64,000 nt of DNA from positions 3,232,001 through 3,296,000 of the forward strand of contig OZ252239.1 in NCBI GenBank assembly GCA_965249485.1, read 5' to 3'. This DNA comes from a bacterium. GTDB taxonomy: Bacteria; SM23-31. Below the pieces are notes generated by a model. The model ran no database searches, was not told the origin of the DNA, and saw only the letters and a program-made list of their open reading frames with translations. The position numbers and the translations under genes were made by a program. This document shows positions 11,271 through 19,726 of the stretch, in pieces; within the stretch, counting starts at the first letter, position 1; each line of letters opens with the position of its first letter.

Positions 11271-11609
11271 TTAGTTGTGTGTAGTATGGTTGTCAAGCAG
11301 TTCGGCAATCTTTTCTTTCGGCACCACACCTACTATCCTGTCAATCACTTTACCGTCTTTATAAAGCAATAATGACGGAACGCCCATAATTTTATAATTT
11401 ACTGCTATTTGTGTGTTGTCGTCAGTATTGACTTTTCCGACTTTAATTCTTCCAGAATACTCTTGTGCTAGTTCCTCAACCACAGGACCAATTATTCTGC
11501 ATGGTCCACACCACGGCGCCCAGAAATCAACGAGGACAGGAGTTTCAGACTTGAGTACTTCCTTGTCAAAGTTAGATTCATTCAGTGTTACATGATACTC
11601 CATTTTCAC
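11271..11609 (-). CDS. trxA: Thioredoxin
   Basis: VDFWAPWCGPC. Confidence 0.95.
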   Translation of the reverse strand: MKMEYHVTLNESNFDKEVLKSETPVLVDFWAPWCGPCRIIGPVVEELAQEYSGRIKVGKVNTDDNTQIAVNYKIMGVPSLLLYKDGKVIDRIVGVVPKEKIAELLDNHTTHN

Positions 11610-11660
11610 GTACCTCCATGAGACGTTATCAATTATATTATCAACTCTTTCAATCTAATG

Positions 11661-11686
11661 GATGCACCGAAGTGAAAAAGGTTACA
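11661..11686 (-). promoter_or_regulatory. Candidate ECF-sigma promoter upstream of trxA operon
   Basis: TGTAAC-N16-CATC on minus strand; similar motif at 12642-12668. Confidence 0.45.
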
Positions 11687-11821
11687 CATTATTATGAGCG
11701 GATAAATCAATAATCAGAATTTTGGTTTTGATAGGGAATATTTAATATTTTTGCGATGCGAAAAATCTTAAAATTATACGTTTTTAACCAATAACGATGA
11801 CACAAACAGATTTGAACTAAA

Positions 11822-12040
11822 TTAAAGCTTTAATACTTTCATCAGCCTCTTTTGAACATCTTCCGGTATACAATCTTCCGGAAGCTCTTTGTACAGCTCT
11901 ACTGTTTTCCGAATTGTGTCAACATACGCACAACAGGTCGGACAGTCTTCGAGATGCTTCTTTATCTCCTTGCACTTATCCGAATCGAGATCTTCACCGA
12001 GCTGATCGCAAATCTCTTCAATTTTTCTTATACATTTCAT
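11822..12040 (-). CDS. Zinc-binding anti-sigma factor (zf-HC2)
   Basis: HLEDCPTC directly downstream of ECF sigma. Confidence 0.85.
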   Translation of the reverse strand: MKCIRKIEEICDQLGEDLDSDKCKEIKKHLEDCPTCCAYVDTIRKTVELYKELPEDCIPEDVQKRLMKVLKL

Positions 12041-12051
12041 ATTAAGTTTCC

Positions 12052-12651
12052 TTATTGTGCCAACAACTCATCTGCAAGTTTATCCCGAAGAGCTATCCTG
12101 GCTCTCATCAGATTTGTTTTGACTGCCGGAACTGACATCTTCAGCATATCTGCTACTTCCTGTGTGGAAAAGTTCTCAATATCCCGCAAGATAAATACTG
12201 AACGATGATTCGGTGTTAAATCCTCGAGATGACTCATGATTTTTTCGGCAATTTCTTTGTTCTGTACTATCTCAAACGGTGATTGTGACAACTTTTTATT
12301 AACAGATTCATAGTCACGTGAAAGATCGATAGTATCATCAAGTGTCTCAAACACGCGCTTCCTGGATCTTAGTTTCATCAACGCTGCATTAGTTGCAATA
12401 CGATATATCCAGGTCGATAACCGTGACCTGCCTTCAAACGTTTTTATGTTCTTAATGACACTTAAGAATGTTTCCTGAAGTACATCTTCCGCATCTTCTT
12501 TATTGTGGAGCATCCGTAAAGAATAATTATAAACTTTATCGGTATAAGCTGTAACAATTTCAGTAATTGCATTTGAGTCTCCGCTTTGTGCTCTCAGCAC
12601 TAAATCTTTTTCCGAGAATCCATTTGTGTCCGTAATAGTATGATGCACCAT
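12052..12651 (-). CDS. ECF RNA polymerase sigma factor
   Basis: DAEDVLQETF, STWIYRIATN, VKTNLMRAR. Confidence 0.93.
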   Translation of the reverse strand: MVHHTITDTNGFSEKDLVLRAQSGDSNAITEIVTAYTDKVYNYSLRMLHNKEDAEDVLQETFLSVIKNIKTFEGRSRLSTWIYRIATNAALMKLRSRKRVFETLDDTIDLSRDYESVNKKLSQSPFEIVQNKEIAEKIMSHLEDLTPNHRSVFILRDIENFSTQEVADMLKMSVPAVKTNLMRARIALRDKLADELLAQ

Positions 12652-12889
12652 ATCACAATTCAGTTACAAAAAAATTTTAATTCATTTTACTACGATAATA
12701 TAACGATAACACAATTTTATTTCTAATGAAATCTTCGCATTTGAAATATGTAAATTGATGGTGAAATCAAGGGAGATGAAATTAAAGATACTATATGACA
12801 GTTGGAGAACAAAACTATTGAATATAAAAAGTAAAAATAGTACATTGGTTGCCGATTATTCAGTGCGAAATATACGCACATCTCTCAAT

Positions 12890-12973
12890 GGAGGACTAGT
12901 CCTAATTGGTAAGGCAGCGGTCTTGAAAACCGCCGAGGGAAACCTCTTGGGGGTTCGAGTCCCTCGTCCTCCG
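12890..12973 (+). tRNA. tRNA-Ser (anticodon TGA), 3' half phage-derived
   Basis: GGAGGAC/GTCCTCC acceptor, GCGGT-CTTGAAA-ACCGC anticodon arm, long variable arm, GGGGG-TTCGAGT-CCCTC T arm, G discriminator; CCA not encoded. Confidence 0.95.
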
Positions 12974-12974
12974 C
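12920..12974 (+). repeat. attL (direct repeat of 62766-62820)
   Basis: GTCTTGAAAACCGCCG and CTTGGGGGTTCGAGTCCCTCGTCCTCCGC identical in both; 10 nt between them differ. Confidence 0.93.
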
Positions 12975-13124
12975 AACTCTACAAACCCTTATCACACAAG
13001 AGGTTAGAGAAGTTGTGGCTTTGAAGGTTAGAGTATCTTCAAAGCTCCGATTTCCAAAAGTGTACCGTATTCTTACCATAATTCCTTACTTATACCCTAT
13101 TCCTACCCTACTACATATCTATTA

Positions 13125-14171
13125 CTACCACAGTTCAATCTTGTTGATTGACTCCTGTAAATCTTGCACAGTATAATGTATATACCTAAGTGTGATACTT
13201 ATATCCGAGTGACCTAATATCCTCTGAATTTCAACAACCTCTACACCTGCCTTTGAGAGGAGACTCGCACAAGTGTGTCGAAGGTTATGCTCTGTGACTT
13301 TGCCTTTGATTTGAGCATTCTGGAGAGCAGTTTTGAAACTGGCTCTAAAGTCGGACTTCCTCATCTCTCCATTAGGAGCAGGGAACAAATACCTAGACTT
13401 GGACTCTTCCTTCAAGGCTCTAAGTATAGGTTCTAGTTGAGGATTGATTCCTATGATTCTCTCTTTGTTGCTTTTAGTTGAAGAGGCTCTACTTCTCCTT
13501 ATCTTTATGAGTTTGTTTTCAAAGTCTACCTCACTCCATGTGAGAGCTATCATCTCTCCTTGTCTCATCCCTGTGTAGATGTAAGTAGCCCAAAGGGGTT
13601 TAGTCTTAGGTGTAGAGTTTATCAGTCTGAGGCACTCATCAACAGAAAGGTGTCTAATCCCTTCGGAAGTGTTATTCTCTTTGAACTTCTTAAGATCTCG
13701 AAGGGGATTTCTAGGGATATAGCCCTTGCTCTGTGCAAAAGCACAGAAGGCAGATAGATGGTCGTGCCATCTGTTCTTAGTAGAAGGTTGAAGTTCTCTT
13801 CCTGTTATGGTATGGAGATTTAGGAGGAATTGTTTGAAGTCATCAGAAGTTAAGGTGTTGAGAAGTCGGTTGCCAAGTGCTTTCTTAATATACTTAGACC
13901 TATAAATAATATTTCTCCAGTGACTAGGCTTGATGTAAGGCTCTCTCTCTTTGACGTACTCATCTATGAGGTCAGAAAAGAGGAGGACTTTTAAAGGAGT
14001 GGTATTTCCTTCTCCATTTACTTTCTGCTCCCAACTGAAACGTCTCTGCTCTGCAATCTTCTTATCTCTAGTCTGGAGAGAGATGCGTCTATCCCTACCA
14101 TTAAGAACGAAGCGAACTCTGTAGATACCGTTCTTGTGTTTGTCTGAAGTGACTGGAATGTGATAGGACAT
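13125..14171 (-). CDS. int: Tyrosine integrase
   Basis: YTGMRQGE, HNLRHT, LGHS, RY catalytic residues; likely start ATG 14171 overlapping upstream stop. Confidence 0.95.
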   Translation of the reverse strand: MSYHIPVTSDKHKNGIYRVRFVLNGRDRRISLQTRDKKIAEQRRFSWEQKVNGEGNTTPLKVLLFSDLIDEYVKEREPYIKPSHWRNIIYRSKYIKKALGNRLLNTLTSDDFKQFLLNLHTITGRELQPSTKNRWHDHLSAFCAFAQSKGYIPRNPLRDLKKFKENNTSEGIRHLSVDECLRLINSTPKTKPLWATYIYTGMRQGEMIALTWSEVDFENKLIKIRRSRASSTKSNKERIIGINPQLEPILRALKEESKSRYLFPAPNGEMRKSDFRASFKTALQNAQIKGKVTEHNLRHTCASLLSKAGVEVVEIQRILGHSDISITLRYIHYTVQDLQESINKIELW

Positions 14172-14350
14172 TAAGCTGAGACCCTCCCATGACTTAACAT
14201 CCATTTGTCAATCTCTTCTTTATTAAAGAATATCCAACTCCCCTTCTTATGACAGGGCATTCCATCTTTAACCCAACTAATTATCGTAGCCTTGTGGACT
14301 CCAAAGTATTCTGCTACAGCTTTGTAACCTTTAATCCATGAAGAAGTCAT
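14171..14350 (-). CDS. Excisionase-like HTH protein (59 aa, absent from ORF track)
   Basis: MTSSWIKGYKAVAEYFGVHKATIISWVKDGMPCHKKGSWIFFNKEEIDKWM, a MerR/HTH_17-like pattern. Confidence 0.8.
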   Translation of the reverse strand: MTSSWIKGYKAVAEYFGVHKATIISWVKDGMPCHKKGSWIFFNKEEIDKWMLSHGRVSA

Positions 14351-14354
14351 AATA

Positions 14355-14834
14355 TTAGCCTTTGATTAGGAACTCATTTTTAAGGTCTTTAAGAGTATAG
14401 ATTCTAGTATCACAATTAATTACAGCAGAGGCCTCTTTCTTTTCCTCATACTCTTTTTTAACTATGGATAGAAGTGATAGCTTCTTATCAATAGCAGTAA
14501 TAGCACTCTGTTCAAGCTTGATTGCTCTGATTAGAGTCTCTAATATGTACAACTCTCTCTTAGTCTCAAGAGAAAGGTTCTTCCCTAAATTGTCGTGCTC
14601 AAGTTTCTCTAGTTGATTAAGAGCAAGTTCTTTCTTCTGAGCAAGGAGTTTAACCTCATAAGGACAGGAGCACTCCTCTTTAACGAAGCCACACTCTATG
14701 CAGACAGGACAGGTGCAGTCTATCTGTTCACAGATGTGACAAGGCTCACAAGAAGGCTCAAGGTAGCTTGCTTCGCAACTCTTCATAGCTTCCTCATTAC
14801 GACTCTGGTGCATGTCATATTTGTCAAAGCTCAT
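14355..14834 (-). CDS. Hypothetical Cys-rich phage protein
   Basis: CHIC..C.CPVCIEC cluster followed by coiled coil. Confidence 0.6.
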   Translation of the reverse strand: MSFDKYDMHQSRNEEAMKSCEASYLEPSCEPCHICEQIDCTCPVCIECGFVKEECSCPYEVKLLAQKKELALNQLEKLEHDNLGKNLSLETKRELYILETLIRAIKLEQSAITAIDKKLSLLSIVKKEYEEKKEASAVINCDTRIYTLKDLKNEFLIKG

Positions 14835-14837
14835 TAC

Positions 14838-15176
14838 TTATCTTCTTCCAACTAACAACTTTTGTTGATAAGGAGTAAGGGAGTCGAAAATCTCTTTAAC
14901 TTCTACTCTTTGCTCTTCCTGAGTCATTCTCTGTCTACGCTGTTTCTTCCGTTTCCTTTCCCTGACCTTCCGGTCACTCCGCATCTGTTTGAGGTTAGCC
15001 TCAGCTCGAGCATTCTCTTCCAATGACCGGATATGAACATTAGATGTTCCTCCCTCAAGAGTTTTCCTCTCCTCTGGTGACCTATCAGGTCTAGCTTGAT
15101 TCTGCTGTACTCTAGAGGAAGTGAGCTTTCTTATTAAGTGCTCCTTGCTCTGAGGGTCTATTGTTAGTTTGTTCAT
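14838..15176 (-). CDS. Hypothetical basic phage protein
   Basis: ORF in tightly packed operon. Confidence 0.6.
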   Translation of the reverse strand: MNKLTIDPQSKEHLIRKLTSSRVQQNQARPDRSPEERKTLEGGTSNVHIRSLEENARAEANLKQMRSDRKVRERKRKKQRRQRMTQEEQRVEVKEIFDSLTPYQQKLLVGRR

Positions 15177-15439
15177 TCGTTTATCTTTATTCCCTTTTTT
15201 TCTAATAACTTCTTACAGCCTTTTTCTCTATCTTTAAAGATGAAGGCTCTACACTCTAATTTGTTCATAAGTAATAACATCATGTACATCTCTGGCTTTG
15301 TAGGATTAGTCCATTCAATATGATTGCCTTCTTTAGTGAGGCTTACACAAGCTCTTTCAAGACCACATTCAGCCTTCTCTAAGAATTGAACTTTATGCCT
15401 ATGTGCAAATCGGATTAGTTTCTTTTCTTCTAAGGTCAT
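15173..15439 (-). CDS. Hypothetical phage protein
   Basis: ATGA overlaps on both sides. Confidence 0.6.
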   Translation of the reverse strand: MTLEEKKLIRFAHRHKVQFLEKAECGLERACVSLTKEGNHIEWTNPTKPEMYMMLLLMNKLECRAFIFKDREKGCKKLLEKKGIKINE

Positions 15440-15774
15440 TCTTCTTCTCCAAAGATAACTTCCCTCTCCTTATATTCTGTGAAACTCTGGAGAGAGTTTC
15501 TACCTCTATCTCTCTTAAAGAGCAAGAGGTTAAGCTTTCCATGTTTATTCACGAAGTAAGAACATACTATTATATTCATTGTTGGTAGACCGGTCGGTAG
15601 AATGTAGTCGGTCGGTTTGGAATGCTTCAAAGCCTGTTCTGCCAACCTATACATAGTAGTAGTACCAAAAGGAGAGATAAAAGAATCAGAGATGTACTTA
15701 ACATTTCCCCATTCCTTAGCCTTCTCAAAGTTGTGAGCACTTTTATTAACTATCCAGACTGTAGGCTCTGGCAT
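15436..15774 (-). CDS. Hypothetical alpha/beta phage protein
   Basis: AGGAGA RBS; first gene after structured leader. Confidence 0.7.
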   Translation of the reverse strand: MPEPTVWIVNKSAHNFEKAKEWGNVKYISDSFISPFGTTTMYRLAEQALKHSKPTDYILPTGLPTMNIIVCSYFVNKHGKLNLLLFKRDRGRNSLQSFTEYKEREVIFGEEE

Positions 15775-15864
15775 TTAAGTTATCTCCTTTTAAGGTCTAC
15801 TGAAACTCTAATTTCTGGTAAGAAATCGGGCTATCCTTTCAAACTTTCTTCTCTGACTCCTATA

Positions 15865-15975
15865 AATAAAGAAAGGGCAGAAATCCGAGGCTACACTCAC
15901 AAGAAGGTTACTTCTAATGAATCGGAAATCTGCCCTGTTTTGGGCATAAAAAACCTTCTCGTAAAGGGTAGCCGC
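15865..15975 (-). promoter_or_regulatory. Terminator/antiterminator leader RNA (c4-like)
   Basis: Mutually exclusive helices 15874-15888/15922-15936 (followed by U-rich tract) and 15889-15909/15952-15973. Confidence 0.6.
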
Positions 15976-15979
15976 TCAT

Positions 15980-16008
15980 ACCATAAGAAATAAAGTCCAT
16001 AAAGTCAA
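15980..16008 (-). promoter_or_regulatory. Sigma70-like promoter
   Basis: TTGACT-N17-TATGGT immediately upstream of the leader. Confidence 0.55.
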
Positions 16009-16090
16009 GTCCTAGTTATTTTCTCTAAAGGTCTAATTAGAACGACCGATTTCTAGAAAGAAATTAGAGTCTAGACCTCTTTCAAATTAG

Positions 16091-16297
16091 CTCTATGAGA
16101 CAGTCTCAAAACCCTGCTAAGTCTGTCAAATGACTTAAGGTTGTGCACAAGAACATCAAGGAAGTGTACTCAGGTAAGTTCATAGAGTGTAGTACTCGAG
16201 TCCTTAGCCTTTCTGCAAGCCTCATCTGGCCTACTTCGGAGTGTTCTTTTCCCTTATTGCTAGCTTGACTGTAGCTTAGAAACTGTCTCAGAGAACT
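16091..16297 (-). ncRNA. Rod-shaped ncRNA, 6S-RNA-like
   Basis: Closing stem 16096-16113/16273-16290, central bubble with 3' hairpin 16118-16137, interrupted apical stem; G-U pairs select the minus strand. Confidence 0.45.
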
Positions 16298-16336
16298 CTC
16301 TCACTTAGAGAGTGAACATTATTACAACTAGGCTCA

Positions 16337-16368
16337 AAGAAGATGGAGAAGGTTTCAAAGCCCTCTCC
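16337..16368 (-). terminator. Putative intrinsic terminator after ORF 16391-16768
   Basis: GGAGAGGGC-TTTGA-AACCTTCTCC hairpin followed by ATCTTCTTT. Confidence 0.45.
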
Positions 16369-16390
16369 CTCTACTGAGAATTGTCTTGAG

Positions 16391-16768
16391 CTATTTCTGT
16401 CCTGAGGCTACTTTGTTGAGGTACTCTCGAATGCGTTCTTGGTCTGCCGGATTCATCTTACCTATAGCACTCTGAGTCTTGTCAACTGGGGTCTGTCTCT
16501 GAGCCGGAATAGAAGGAACATAAGGGTTGAACTTCTCAAGCTGAGCAATCTGTTCGGGAGTGTAGACAAACTTCCTATCACCATTCCTACTAACAAGGTG
16601 ATTTTTCAAAGCTCCTGTAAGAGCTTCCTTCACACTCTTGTTGTAATGGTAGACTACGACTCCTTCATCTAACTTCTGGAGGTCTGTAAAGCTCTCAGCC
16701 TCTTTGTGTTGTACCGACACAGACCTTTTACCATCCTGAGTCTGTGTACTAATTGTTGCTTCTTTCAT
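16391..16768 (-). CDS. Hypothetical phage protein
   Basis: 125 aa, AGGAG RBS. Confidence 0.7.
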   Translation of the reverse strand: MKEATISTQTQDGKRSVSVQHKEAESFTDLQKLDEGVVVYHYNKSVKEALTGALKNHLVSRNGDRKFVYTPEQIAQLEKFNPYVPSIPAQRQTPVDKTQSAIGKMNPADQERIREYLNKVASGQK

Positions 16769-16912
16769 TTCTCTTTCTCCTTTTTAGGGTTTATTATGGC
16801 TACTGTTTATGCCTTGAGCCTCTCCTACCATAATTTTCATACCTCTTAGTTATTTAGTTATCTGTATACTAGTTCTGAATTAAGAAGCTATCGTTATAGC
16901 TCCAAAGTTCTT

Positions 16913-17389
16913 TTAATCCTCTTTTTCAAAGTCAAAGTCAAAGTCATAAAGGTCGTCATTTTTTTCGGGCTCATCTTTACCTTCTTTCTTCCTCTTCTCC
17001 TTATCTGCATGGTCAGCCGCATCAATATCTATAGCTTTTTGTAGCCCCGGACTTATAGGTCTATCTGCTCCTTTGACTGAGTTTTCTATACTCTGTTGAG
17101 TAATTTTTTTAATTATCTTTTGTCTGTATCTTGAGACTCTTCTCGTTTGCTTTAATCTAGTAGTCTCAAGAAAGGCTTCTGCATCTTCAACAGCCCTAAA
17201 CTCTTCTCCCAAAGAGTTCTTTATTAAAATCTCTGCAAAGTCTCTTGTAATCTCTGCTCCTAACATATTGTATGATCCTATGGGTCTCCCAGCCTTAACA
17301 AAGTAAGACGCTATAGTAGCAAGGTCTCTGATGTCTACTTTTGCTTCATAGAATGCTTGCGCTTCTTTCTTAATAACCATAATTTTCAT
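16913..17389 (-). CDS. Hypothetical phage protein with acidic tail
   Basis: 158 aa, GAGGT RBS, ends DDLYDFDFDFEKED. Confidence 0.65.
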   Translation of the reverse strand: MKIMVIKKEAQAFYEAKVDIRDLATIASYFVKAGRPIGSYNMLGAEITRDFAEILIKNSLGEEFRAVEDAEAFLETTRLKQTRRVSRYRQKIIKKITQQSIENSVKGADRPISPGLQKAIDIDAADHADKEKRKKEGKDEPEKNDDLYDFDFDFEKED

Positions 17390-17417
17390 ACCTCTGAAGT
17401 GTGACTTTTCAACTTAG

Positions 17418-17987
17418 TTATTTAGTTATCTTAAGTAAAAAACTTGGCTCGAAGCTCCAAATTTCCGAGTCACCTTTAGCCTCTTCGTCACCTTTAGCCT
17501 CTTCTAACCGTCTTTTAATATAAGTGATAATACTAAGATTCTGCTTATTAATTTTGGTAATTTCTGTTTGTTCTTCTGCTTCTTCTAATTCTTCTATTGC
17601 TTTAGATAAACTTCTCCCATTATAAATATAGTCTTTTGCTGTATATCCTTCATAATCTATTCTCCCTATATAAAAATAAGGTGTACCGTCTTTAGTCTGA
17701 TAGGAGACTGAATGTTTTAAACACTCCTCTTTTTGACTTTGTGTAAAGTCTTCACCGATATACTCAACTACACTCTCTCGGCTCCTTTGTCCTTCTTGAA
17801 CTATTATATTTATTAGATTTACTTCTTTAAGAGTACCTATAAAATCCTTGAAATTCTTAGTAGACATTTCAGGATAGAATCTTATATAGAGTTTCTCAAA
17901 AGTGAGCCCTGAGTTCTCCTGAATATAGTCTTTAATCTCTATTAGATGTTTATGTCTAATGTTTAGTAACTCTTTCTTTGTAGTCAT
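17418..17987 (-). CDS. Hypothetical protein, possible N-terminal winged helix
   Basis: 189 aa; 18-bp tandem repeat 17469-17504 (EEAKGD x2). Confidence 0.6.
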   Translation of the reverse strand: MTTKKELLNIRHKHLIEIKDYIQENSGLTFEKLYIRFYPEMSTKNFKDFIGTLKEVNLINIIVQEGQRSRESVVEYIGEDFTQSQKEECLKHSVSYQTKDGTPYFYIGRIDYEGYTAKDYIYNGRSLSKAIEELEEAEEQTEITKINKQNLSIITYIKRRLEEAKGDEEAKGDSEIWSFEPSFLLKITK

Positions 17988-18728
17988 CTTTTATTACTTT
18001 CTCCTTTTATGAATGGCTCTTCTCTAAACTCTACTTCAAAGAATTAAAGTACTCTCCATACTTACCTATCATCTGCTGAGCCACTAAGTTTCCTTCCTCT
18101 TGTTGAATACTCTCCTCTGTTTGTGCCTGTGTGAGGAATTTGAGCTTTAGGGGGTCTGTGACTGTTATGACTGGAGAGGTCTTCTCTTTGTCTTGAGTCA
18201 TGTGAGTACCTTTTTTTGGTGGTAAAGCTGAACGGTTGAAAAGTAAGTATTTTTTTCATTAAATGCAAGTAAATTCTATTATATTTTGTTGAGTTTTATT
18301 TAATTCTATTATATTCGTTTAATATTTAAGGGGGGCTCCTCTATTTCAGAGCAGACAAAATCTTTCTTACTTTTTATTATTTATTTTTTTTATTTATTAT
18401 TTAACTATATATAAAATATAGTGTTAGAGGTTTTTCTCTTGTCCTCTAAATTTGAGAGGGGGGGGGTCTGTTTTGAGTAAGAACTCTATATTTTACTATG
18501 ATTGAAAAGAAGAGGAAAGAAGACCTTGTGTTTTAGACCCTTGCCTCTATCATCTAAGTATAGTAATATCAATAACTTAAAGAAATCCCCCATTCCATAA
18601 ATCAATTCTAAGACACTTTCATAAACACCCATCTTATCAACCTTGCCTACCTCGCAAAGTGCTCTCTCTGTTGCTCCTATGAAGCAAAATTTTCCTTATT
18701 TCTGCTCTCCTCTAAGTTTTACTGTGCT

Positions 18729-18938
18729 CTAAGTCCTTACCAGAGCATAACTTACTAAAGTCTCTGCCTTTCCTCTTTTAATCTCTTTGCACAAGTTAAG
18801 CCTTTCCTGCTTCTCACTGTCTGCTCTAGTGATTGCCTTCAGGAGATACATTTTAAAGTGTCCTTGGTCTCCGGTGAAGTGCAAGTCAAAAATCTTCTCT
18901 GCTGACATTCCATGTGTTTTGAGTTCTTGAATTTTCAT
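18729..18938 (-). CDS. Hypothetical early phage protein
   Basis: AGGAG RBS. Confidence 0.55.
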   Translation of the reverse strand: MKIQELKTHGMSAEKIFDLHFTGDQGHFKMYLLKAITRADSEKQERLNLCKEIKRGKAETLVSYALVRT

Positions 18939-18956
18939 TGTTGGTCTCCTTAAATT

Positions 18957-19265
18957 TTAGTTAGTTTCTCTAAACTCAACCCATACTTCTCTTATATAAG
19001 TCTCTTCATAGTCTGTATATTCCTGTCTGGACTCAAAGACCCATCCAACTTGTTTACTCTCTCTTCCCTTTTCATATTGAATCATACCTTTGTTTAAGAG
19101 GTAAATAGGTACGTTATCTTTATATAGATTACCAGTGCATCTTCCATATTCTTTTTGAAGGTATCGAAAGAGCTTGCCTCTATCATCTGTAAAAGGTTCA
19201 TACCAACCTGTATCTCCAAAGATATGCTTGTCTTTCTCTATAAATATTTCTTTGATTTCTAACAT
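18957..19265 (-). CDS. Hypothetical early phage protein
   Basis: AGGAG RBS, 102 aa. Confidence 0.7.
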   Translation of the reverse strand: MLEIKEIFIEKDKHIFGDTGWYEPFTDDRGKLFRYLQKEYGRCTGNLYKDNVPIYLLNKGMIQYEKGRESKQVGWVFESRQEYTDYEETYIREVWVEFRETN

Positions 19266-19285
19266 TGTACTAACTCCTTCCTTTC

Positions 19286-19510
19286 CTACAGTCTAACATT
19301 ACTAATAGCTATATCTCCTAGACTATCTAGGATGACATAATATTGAGTCAGTTCAAAGACTCGAATATCTCTTCTCATTCCTGATTTATGAGTACCATCA
19401 ACACTCACCATATACATATAATTAGAGCCTTGAATTATATGAATGTAGTAGTACTTCCCTAGATTCTTAGACTGAACTAAGAGCACTCTCATTGTTAGTT
19501 CTGAATACAT
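19286..19510 (-). CDS. Hypothetical early phage protein
   Basis: ORF track, RBS-like AGGA. Confidence 0.5.
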   Translation of the reverse strand: MYSELTMRVLLVQSKNLGKYYYIHIIQGSNYMYMVSVDGTHKSGMRRDIRVFELTQYYVILDSLGDIAISNVRL

Positions 19511-19513
19511 AGT

Positions 19514-19726
19514 TTATTTTCCTTTCTTATTTAACCTTTTCTCTTTCTTACTCTGAGAGATTTTCTCCAGAGCTAACTCAACCTGCTCTTTGCTCCTATG
19601 TTGACTGACTTTCCTACCCGACCTGTTGCTCCAGAGTTCATACTTCACTCCTTCTTGAGGTGTACCGGACTTACCCGTAAATCAGTAAGCCTTCTCCTTG
19701 ACTGTATACTTGAGTTCTATGTTCAT
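19514..19726 (-). pseudogene. 70-codon ORF with internal TGA (19682-19684)
   Basis: MNIELKYTVKEKAY*FTGKSGTPQEGVKYELWSNRSG... Confidence 0.45.

Noticed and set aside
12755..13079. ORFs 12755-13024 and 12885-13079
   Set aside because: Overlap the tRNA and attL; spurious
15622..15993. Plus-strand 123-aa ORF
   Set aside because: Antisense to a real gene and the structured leader; no RBS
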